This document shows positions 32,033-38,461 of a stretch of DNA of 38,461 nt, piece after piece. The DNA is from a virus (taxonomy: Duplodnaviria; Caudoviricetes): positions 1-38,461 of the IMG/VR virus record IMGVR_UViG_3300031991_000113; one strand, 5' to 3'. A model generated the notes under the pieces. The model was not told the DNA's origin, did no database searches, and was given only the letters and a program-made list of their open reading frames with translations. How positions within the stretch are numbered: position 1 is the stretch's first letter; the number at the start of each line of letters is the position of its first letter. Position numbers and translations under genes: made by a program.

Positions 32033-34135
32033 TCAGGCTTCGAGAGCTGCCTCGCCGAAGTCCTCGTACATCGCGCGAAAGGCGCGATATTCCGGTGTCT
32101 CCTGATAGATGCGCAGCCAGTGCGCATCTTCTCCGTCGACGAATTCCCCAGCCTCCAAGCGGCGCTCGACTTCGAGCGCACGGCGGCGGCGCGTGGTCGG
32201 CCCGTCGATGTCGACGACGCGATCGGCAAGCGCTTCGGCCGGCGTGAGCAGCTCGGCTTCAAGTTCCGCCTGCCGACGCGAGACCGCCGGCGTCATTGGC
32301 ATTTCGGGCTGATGCTCGATGAGGCCGGGACCGGCTTCCGCGAGAACGTCGGCGCGATGCTGATCGATGAGTTTCAGGCGGCCGGCGCTGCGCTTCTCGC
32401 GCGCGTGCTCCACCTTCGACATGGGCTGTTCGGGGATGACGTTGCCGTCACGAACCGCGACACAGATCAGGCGGCCATCGTCGCGCGTGCGAACCCATGC
32501 CTTCGAGCCGTCGTGAATGTCGTAGCCGACGCGCACCTGCTCGCCGCCGAACGGCACGAGCGCCTGATGGAAGTAGCGGCCCCAGGGCAAGGAGACCTCG
32601 CCGCGTCGCGTGGTGCGCAGCTCGTAGGGACGCCAGAGATCGGCGGCTTCCGCATTGGTCAGCGTCTCCGGTGCCCAGCCCGTGAGCCGCGCCGCATTGA
32701 GCGCTTCGGCAGGCGACATATGACGCATCGCGCCCGTCTCGGCGTCGCGTGTCTTCGGCAGCGAGCGGTGCGGCCGATTGTTGTAGGCGGCGACTTGGTC
32801 GGCGCAGAAGTCGAGGAAGTCCCGCCATGAGAGCAGGAGGCGGGACGCGCCACGCTTCTTGATGTCTTTCGCAACGAGCTTCACAACCTTGCGCCGCGCC
32901 TCGTTGTCCATGTCGCGGGCATTGAAGGTCGGTAGCTTGCGGGCGGCGCGTTTCCAGAGCGTCCCTTGCAGACGCTCGATCTTGCCGCGCGCTTGCGCGC
33001 GGCCGGGCAGCGAATTCATCGGCGTCGCATGGACGCGCGCGAGGAAGCCGGTCACGTCGGCAGTCATCGCGTCGGCGACGAAGCCGGCGCCATTGTCCGT
33101 GTAGAAGATGCCGAAGAGGCCGAGATGCTCGACCCCGCAACGGATCGCGTCCATGACGACGGTCGAGCTTTCGGCGAGGCCCGCGCTCCAGCCGAAGACG
33201 TACCGGGTGGCGACGTCCTGCAAGGCGCAGACTTCCGGACGGAACGGCTGGCCGTGACGCGGATGCGCGACGTCGGCCTTGAACGAATGGCCGTCCGCCG
33301 TCACCACGTCGAGCGGCTGCAAACCGGCTGTTGAACGGCGCTTGTGCGCCTTGAATTTGAGAAGCCCGTTTGGGCCATGACGGCCGCGCTCGCGATCGAC
33401 GATCGACATGCGGTCGAGAAAGCGCCGCGCCTGACCGTAGCTCGGCATAGGCGTGTTGGCCGGAAGCTCTTTGCGCATGTCGTCGAGCACGGCAGCAAGG
33501 CTCTTGTGCATCGGCACGCGATAGGCTTTGAGGAGAGCTTCGGCCCATGCCGGCACTGGCTGCTCGCGCGCGCCGTCTGCCGGTAGCAGCGCCGCCCAGC
33601 CATCCGCCTGATGCTGGCCGCGCCAACGGTAGACCGTGCGATAGGAGAGCGTCCGGTTGCCTGTTCGGCCACCGCGCGCGTTGGCGAGGGGAATGCAATC
33701 CGCGAGGTCGGAGCGGAGTTGATTTCGCTGCGCATCGTCAACGACCGAGAGGATGGCGCGATCGACACCGACGAGCGAGGTACGTCGCTCGACTTCCGCC
33801 AAGATCAGCGCGCGCGCATCGGCGCAGCGGCGTTGCCAATCGGCCATCGTCGCGAGATCGCGCGCGACGGCGGGGAGCGACGACTGCGTTGCGACCGGCA
33901 GGGCCGCCAACGCAGGTTCAGCGGTTGTTAGATGGGTGATGAGCGCGTCGCATGCATCTTTGGGAAGGACTTTGAGCAGCGACTTCACGCAATACTCTCG
34001 CCCGCCGCCACGACCGTCACGTTTTCGGAAGGCCCAGCCCTCGCGATCCGCGCGGATTTGGAACGCGCGTTCGCTCTCGGGCATTGACGGAAGACACATC
34101 TCGGCCAGCTCACGAGCGGTCAGGTACGCCTTCAT
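32033..34135 (-). CDS. MuA-like DDE transposase
   Basis: N-terminal Mu HTH (LTARELAEM...REGW..R.R.GRGGGREY), catalytic ADGH, YTDNGAGF, ARGKIER, YNNRPH; start MKAYL overlaps the upstream stop (ATGA). Confidence 0.95.
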   Translation of the reverse strand: MKAYLTARELAEMCLPSMPESERAFQIRADREGWAFRKRDGRGGGREYCVKSLLKVLPKDACDALITHLTTAEPALAALPVATQSSLPAVARDLATMADWQRRCADARALILAEVERRTSLVGVDRAILSVVDDAQRNQLRSDLADCIPLANARGGRTGNRTLSYRTVYRWRGQHQADGWAALLPADGAREQPVPAWAEALLKAYRVPMHKSLAAVLDDMRKELPANTPMPSYGQARRFLDRMSIVDRERGRHGPNGLLKFKAHKRRSTAGLQPLDVVTADGHSFKADVAHPRHGQPFRPEVCALQDVATRYVFGWSAGLAESSTVVMDAIRCGVEHLGLFGIFYTDNGAGFVADAMTADVTGFLARVHATPMNSLPGRAQARGKIERLQGTLWKRAARKLPTFNARDMDNEARRKVVKLVAKDIKKRGASRLLLSWRDFLDFCADQVAAYNNRPHRSLPKTRDAETGAMRHMSPAEALNAARLTGWAPETLTNAEAADLWRPYELRTTRRGEVSLPWGRYFHQALVPFGGEQVRVGYDIHDGSKAWVRTRDDGRLICVAVRDGNVIPEQPMSKVEHAREKRSAGRLKLIDQHRADVLAEAGPGLIEHQPEMPMTPAVSRRQAELEAELLTPAEALADRVVDIDGPTTRRRRALEVERRLEAGEFVDGEDAHWLRIYQETPEYRAFRAMYEDFGEAALEA

Positions 34136-34629
34136 CGACGTCCCCTCCGCTCGGCTTCCTTCTCCGCCCACTCTTGCGCCGGCGGCGGCATCCGCTTCCG
34201 CGCGGCGGCGATACGCTTCTTGAGCGCGCGGCTTTGCAGTTCGAGGGCAACCAGTTCGGCGATGGCGGTTGCCTCGCCGGGCATCGCCTTGAAGCCGCAA
34301 GCTTCGACGATGATCGTTACGATCCGGGTGTCGCCTGTCGCCGCGATCAGTGCCGGCAGCGCCTCCAGCGGGAAGCGCCATTCGTCGGCACTTGGGGCGG
34401 TGTAGCGGTCGAGCATGTTCTTCGTCATGTCCCGACCCATGAGCCGCGACATTTCGGCGGCGACGGCGTAGCGGTCGCGGCCTGCCGTTTCCTTGGCGGA
34501 GGCAAGCGCTTCGGCGAGGGCTTCGCGGAGTCGCGTCGAAAGTTCCGGACCGGCGACGGGGGAGGGCGTATCGAAGAAACTGACTTGAGCGGGGTCGGCG
34601 ATGGTCCGGCTGGGGCGCGTCATGTTCAT
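34132..34629 (-). CDS. Hypothetical HTH-like early protein between ner and A
   Basis: DRYAVAAEMSRLMGRDMTKNMLDRYTAPS; ATGA coupling at both ends. Confidence 0.75.
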   Translation of the reverse strand: MNMTRPSRTIADPAQVSFFDTPSPVAGPELSTRLREALAEALASAKETAGRDRYAVAAEMSRLMGRDMTKNMLDRYTAPSADEWRFPLEALPALIAATGDTRIVTIIVEACGFKAMPGEATAIAELVALELQSRALKKRIAAARKRMPPPAQEWAEKEAERRGRR

Positions 34630-34964
34630 GCCGCCCCCTTGCTTTCAACATTGCGGGCTGCCGGCTCGCTGTTACGATTGCGAGATCGCTGCGGGTTGAG
34701 GCGACGCCCGTCTGCGGTGAAGCGCTCTGGAAAGAGCGCTATGACGGACACGTCGAGAGCGCGGGCGATCGCCTCTTCGAGGTGGCTGGAGGGGACGAGG
34801 AGTGCGGAGGCAACGGCCTGTTGCACGACGCCCTCATCACGAGCGATGGAGGCAAGCGAAAGGCCGCGAATTTTCAACTGGTAGACGACCCATGCCCTGC
34901 GTTCGGCTGGGCTGGTCGGGATGCCTAACGCCCGCTTTTCAGCGGTATTTTTTGGGGCCGCCAA
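34626..34964 (-). CDS. ner: Ner-like (Cro-equivalent) HTH regulator
   Basis: WVVYQLKIRGLSLASIARDEGV...AL..P....EEAIARALDV....LFPERF; probable TTG start at 34964 after AGGGA, start uncertain. Confidence 0.82.
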   Translation of the reverse strand: MAAPKNTAEKRALGIPTSPAERRAWVVYQLKIRGLSLASIARDEGVVQQAVASALLVPSSHLEEAIARALDVSVIALFPERFTADGRRLNPQRSRNRNSEPAARNVESKGAA

Positions 34965-35158
34965 AGTGGTATTCCCTATGTATTGAGCCGTCGAATTAAC
35001 CACGCCAAATATGGCCATATCTGGTTATTCGATCAAGCCAAAAATGCGGTTCGGAGTTTGAGTGTGCGTCTAAATCTAGCAACTTGTTGCTATGTCGTTG
35101 AAAAGCTAAGGGAAACGGCGACTTCGCCTTTTCGGAGAAAAACTTCGGAGTACCGCCA
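34960..35158. promoter_or_regulatory. Divergent c/ner operator-promoter region
   Basis: AT-rich; palindromes CCAAATATGGCCATATCTGG (35005-35024) and TAGCAACTTGTTGCTA (35077-35092); repeated GCCAAA. Confidence 0.7.
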
Positions 35159-35647
35159 ATGAATTCCGAAACGGAGACTGGTTTGCGAGATCGCATCAGG
35201 GAATGTGCAAGGATAGCCGGAAGTGGCGATGAGCTTTCACGCAGAGCTGGCATTCCGCGCAGGACGCTGGAGAACTATCTGTCGGGAAAGTCGGCGCCCA
35301 AGGCCGCGACATTGGCGTCTATCGCGGAGGTGGCCGGCGTGAGCCTCGAATGGCTTGCCACCGGCAACGGAGCGAAGGTCCGAGGCATTGACGCTGCCGC
35401 CATCTACAACAAGACCGGCATTGATCCGGCGGTCTTTGGGCGGGTGTTCGCCGCCGTGGACAGCGTCTATGTGGAGGAGAAAGAGCCCGTCAGCAAAGCA
35501 GAGCTTGGCGAAGCGGCTGCTCGCATCTACGACAAGGTCTTCGATATCGACGATGACGCCGAGTTTCGGGGCGGGCTTCGGGTGGCGCTGGCCGACCTTC
35601 GCAGATCGATCCGCGCCAAACGGTCACCAAGAAGCGAAAACTCTTGA
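35159..35647 (+). CDS. Prophage repressor, XRE HTH
   Basis: LRDRIRE...SGDELSRRAGIPRRTLENYLSG...P....LASIA...GVSLEWLATG; divergent from ner; GGAG RBS. Confidence 0.88.
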   Translation: MNSETETGLRDRIRECARIAGSGDELSRRAGIPRRTLENYLSGKSAPKAATLASIAEVAGVSLEWLATGNGAKVRGIDAAAIYNKTGIDPAVFGRVFAAVDSVYVEEKEPVSKAELGEAAARIYDKVFDIDDDAEFRGGLRVALADLRRSIRAKRSPRSENS

Positions 35648-35655
35648 TCGGTTTC

Positions 35656-35837
35656 CTGCCAAAGATGGCGGCAAAAGTGATCGGTATTGCTCAAAATGCG
35701 TCGTTCACTGCCAAAGCAAACCGGGCGCAGAATTTTTTACCGAACCCCGCTAACCCTCTGGATTGACTACGATTTGCCCGAGCGCCCCGGAGGATCAGTC
35801 ATGGCGGTCTCTCTGCCATAACGATCACCTCCCCACA
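35656..35837 (-). repeat. Probable left end (attL) with transposase-binding repeats
   Basis: CTGCCAAAG at 35656 and 35708, CTGCCATA at 35813, then ...CCCCACA ending at 35837 (5'-TGT on the minus strand). Confidence 0.65.
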
Positions 35838-35878
35838 TCCGATTGCGCATCGCCAACGTCCCTGGCGTATTCGTCGGA

Positions 35879-38461
35879 ATGAGCCAGACTAGGGGATTGA
35901 TAGAGCGGATGCAGGACGCCGGCGATAGGAGTCCCTACTGGAGCGTAGATCATGTCACGCTGGCGGCCTCGATGGGATCCAGCCCAGCCGGTCTCACCTC
36001 TGATGGCGCGATAGCCCGGCTCGCCGTCGTTGGTCCTAACAGCGTCGAGGATGCGGCGCATCTGAGTGCCCTGCGTCTCCTGCTCCGCCAGTTCGAAAGC
36101 CCGCTTGTTCTCATCCTGGCGTTTGCCGCGGCGATCTCGCTGGTACTCCAGCAATGGATCGATGCCGGAATCATCCTGGCCATCGTTGTTGGAAGTGCAC
36201 TTCTCAGCTTCTTTCAGGAGTACCGGGCGTCCACCGCGGTTGAAGAATTGAAGAAGCGCCTTGCGCTGACCTGCCGCGTCATCCGTGACGGCGCAGAACA
36301 AGAGATACCGGTCAGCACCATAGCGCCCGGCGACCTCATCCTGCTTTCGGCCGGCAACCTCATTCCTGCCGACGGCGTCGTGATCGAGGCGGCGGATTTC
36401 CTGGTAACCGAGGCGAGCATGACCGGCGAGTCCTTCCCGGTCGAAAAGCGCCCGGGGACTGTCAGGCCGGACGCGCCCATCACGGAGCGGACGAATTGCG
36501 TCTTTCTGGGCGCGTCGGTGCGCAGCGGCACGGCCAAGGTGCTCGCGGTCAAGACAGGGCGCCGAACCGAGTTCGGTGCGATCGCAGCCCGGCTTCGGGC
36601 GCGCCAGCCCGAGACCGACTTCGCTCGCGGTGTGCGCCAGTTCGGCTACCTGCTCATCCGTGTGATGGTCGTGATCGTCCTCTTCGTGCTGACGATCAAC
36701 CTGCTGCTCGATCGTCCGGTGATCGAATCGCTGCTGTTCGCCGTGGCCCTGGCCGTGGGGCTGTCGCCGGAACTCCTGCCCGCGATCACCAGCGTGACGC
36801 TCTCGGCCGGCGCACGCGCCATGAGCAAGCGCGGTGTCATCGTGCGCAGGCTCGACGCCATCGAGAACCTTGGCAGCATGGACATCCTGTGCACCGACAA
36901 GACAGGTACGCTCACCGAGGGGACCATCGTCCTGAGCGATGTGCTGGACGCTGCCAGGCGCCCCTCGGACGAGGTTCGGCGGCTCGCTTTCCTGAATGCG
37001 GCGTTCGAGACCGGGATCGAGAACCCGCTCGATGCGGCGATCGTTGAGGCGGGGACGAGCAACAGGCTAAGCACTGACGGTCTGACCAAGATCGATGAGA
37101 TCCCCTACGACTTCATGCGACGCCGGCTGACGATCGTGTTGGCCGAGGGTGTTGCACCAACCCAGCACCTGTTCGTGACTAAGGGGGCGTTTGCGAACGT
37201 GCTCGACATCTGCTCCTCGGTGGACCGCGACGGCATCGAGGTTCCTCTGGACGCAGGCATGCGGGCGGAACTCGATGCCGCTTTCAAGGCAAAGGGCGCT
37301 GAAGGATTTCGGGTGCTCGCGGTCGCGACACGCAGGGTCCCGATCAAGGCGGACTACGACCGCGACGACGAACGGGACATGACCTTCCGGGGTTTCCTCG
37401 TCTTTCTCGACCCTCCCAAGCCTGAGGCGAAAGCGACCATTGCGTATCTCGCGCGCCTGGGCATCGCCATCAAGGTGATCAGCGGCGACAATCGATATGT
37501 GACCGCACACATGGCGCATGCCGTCGGGCTCGATGCGACATCGATGCTGACGGGCGAGGAGATCGCAGCTCTGCGCGACGAAGCACTGTGGAATCTCGCG
37601 CCACAGACCGATCTGTTCGTCGAGATCGACCCTCAACAGAAGGAACGCATCGTGCGCGCCCTACAGCGCACCGGCCGTTCGGTGGGCTATCTCGGCGACG
37701 GAATCAATGATGCGCCGGCATTGCATGCGGCGGATGTCGGGATCTCAGTCGAGCAGGCAGTGGACGTTGCGCGCGAGAGCGCCGACATCATCCTCTTGAG
37801 CCGCGACCTGGACGTTCTGCGATCCGGTGTGGAGGACGGCCGCCGGACCTTCGCCAACACCCTCAAATACATCTCGATTACGACCAGCGCGAATTTCGGG
37901 AACATGATCAGCATGGCGCTGGCGACGCCGCTCCTGCCGTTCCTGCCGCTGGCGGCCAAGCAGATACTGCTCAACAACTTCCTCTCCGACCTGCCCTCGA
38001 TCGCGATCTCCAGCGACAATGTCGATCCGGAGCGGGTGGTCCGTCCGCAGCGCTGGAACGTCAGGGAAATCCAGAAATTCATGATTGTCTTCGGGCTGAT
38101 CAGCTCGGTCTTCGACCTGCTGACCTTCGGCGTCCTGCTCTACGTCTTTCACGCAGGCCAAGCGGTGTTCCAGACCTCGTGGTTCATGATCTCGCTCCTG
38201 ACCGAACTGGCGGTGGTTCTGGTCCTGCGCACCCGCAAGCCCGCTTTCCGCGGCCAGCCCAGCCGCCTGCTCCTGTGGTCGACCCTCGCTGTGGCGGCCG
38301 CCACTTTCGCCATTCCATTCCTTGGGGAGATGAGTGCGCTCTTCGGCTTCGTGCCGCTATCGGCAACGGAACTCGCCGCCGTGGTTGCGATTGTCGCCGG
38401 ATACATCGTGGCCACGGAGGTGGCGAAGGCGTGGTATTTCCGGTCGAAAAACAAGACTTGA
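35879..38461 (+). CDS. mgtA: Magnesium-translocating P-type ATPase (type IIIB), host gene
   Basis: TGES, AVGLSPELLP, DILCTDKTGTLT, DEIPYDF.RRR, TKGA, GDGINDAPAL, SANFGN; start could be 35843, 35879 or 35909. Confidence 0.92.
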   Translation: MSQTRGLIERMQDAGDRSPYWSVDHVTLAASMGSSPAGLTSDGAIARLAVVGPNSVEDAAHLSALRLLLRQFESPLVLILAFAAAISLVLQQWIDAGIILAIVVGSALLSFFQEYRASTAVEELKKRLALTCRVIRDGAEQEIPVSTIAPGDLILLSAGNLIPADGVVIEAADFLVTEASMTGESFPVEKRPGTVRPDAPITERTNCVFLGASVRSGTAKVLAVKTGRRTEFGAIAARLRARQPETDFARGVRQFGYLLIRVMVVIVLFVLTINLLLDRPVIESLLFAVALAVGLSPELLPAITSVTLSAGARAMSKRGVIVRRLDAIENLGSMDILCTDKTGTLTEGTIVLSDVLDAARRPSDEVRRLAFLNAAFETGIENPLDAAIVEAGTSNRLSTDGLTKIDEIPYDFMRRRLTIVLAEGVAPTQHLFVTKGAFANVLDICSSVDRDGIEVPLDAGMRAELDAAFKAKGAEGFRVLAVATRRVPIKADYDRDDERDMTFRGFLVFLDPPKPEAKATIAYLARLGIAIKVISGDNRYVTAHMAHAVGLDATSMLTGEEIAALRDEALWNLAPQTDLFVEIDPQQKERIVRALQRTGRSVGYLGDGINDAPALHAADVGISVEQAVDVARESADIILLSRDLDVLRSGVEDGRRTFANTLKYISITTSANFGNMISMALATPLLPFLPLAAKQILLNNFLSDLPSIAISSDNVDPERVVRPQRWNVREIQKFMIVFGLISSVFDLLTFGVLLYVFHAGQAVFQTSWFMISLLTELAVVLVLRTRKPAFRGQPSRLLLWSTLAVAAATFAIPFLGEMSALFGFVPLSATELAAVVAIVAGYIVATEVAKAWYFRSKNKT

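Larger units (their letters stand above)
1..35837 (-). mobile_element. Mu-like transposable prophage (myovirus-type tail); left end at ~35837, right end outside the window
   Basis: Mu gene order c-ner-A-B...gemA-mor-lysis-terminase-portal-F-head-sheath-tube-TMP-baseplate-fibre-DNA modification gene; extensive ATGA/TGATG gene coupling; terminal TGT with repeated CTGCCA(A/T)A motifs. Confidence 0.95.

Noticed and set aside
34136-34651. 872-aa extended transposase
   Set aside because: It overlaps gene 34132-34629; the Mu HTH begins at MKAYL with a GGAGGGG RBS and an ATGA overlap

Overview
Positions 1 to ~35837 are a nearly complete, apparently intact Mu-like (transposable) prophage with a contractile tail, in GC-rich DNA that looks alphaproteobacterial. 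Almost all of it is transcribed on the minus strand. Reading from the right: a probable left end (TGT at 35837), an XRE repressor (+), ner, the MuA DDE transposase, the MuB ATPase, small early/middle genes (DUF3164, a ClpP-like lipoprotein, a DnaA-C HTH, GemA, Mor/C), a lysis cassette, terminase and portal, a gpF-like gene, one fused protease-scaffold-capsid gene, neck, sheath, tube, chaperone (with a -1 frameshift), tape measure, baseplate, tail fibre, and a right-end accessory block with a Dam-family methyltransferase in the mom position. The other prophage end is not visible in the window. A host Mg2+ P-type ATPase (mgtA-like) starts a few tens of bp beyond the left end. The most interesting unannotated signals: (i) a head polyprotein with ten [LIF]-x-E-A putative self-cleavage sites and an internal RBS/ATG; (ii) a GafY-like DnaA-HTH gene plus a perfect CtrA box, suggesting wiring into the host cell-cycle/GTA network; (iii) twin late promoters with a leaderless endolysin mRNA; (iv) a switch-like structured leader before the methyltransferase and a boxA after it; (v) a symmetric 12-aa repeat insertion in the tail-fibre assembly protein. 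All family assignments are by eye from motifs and synteny; no searches were run.
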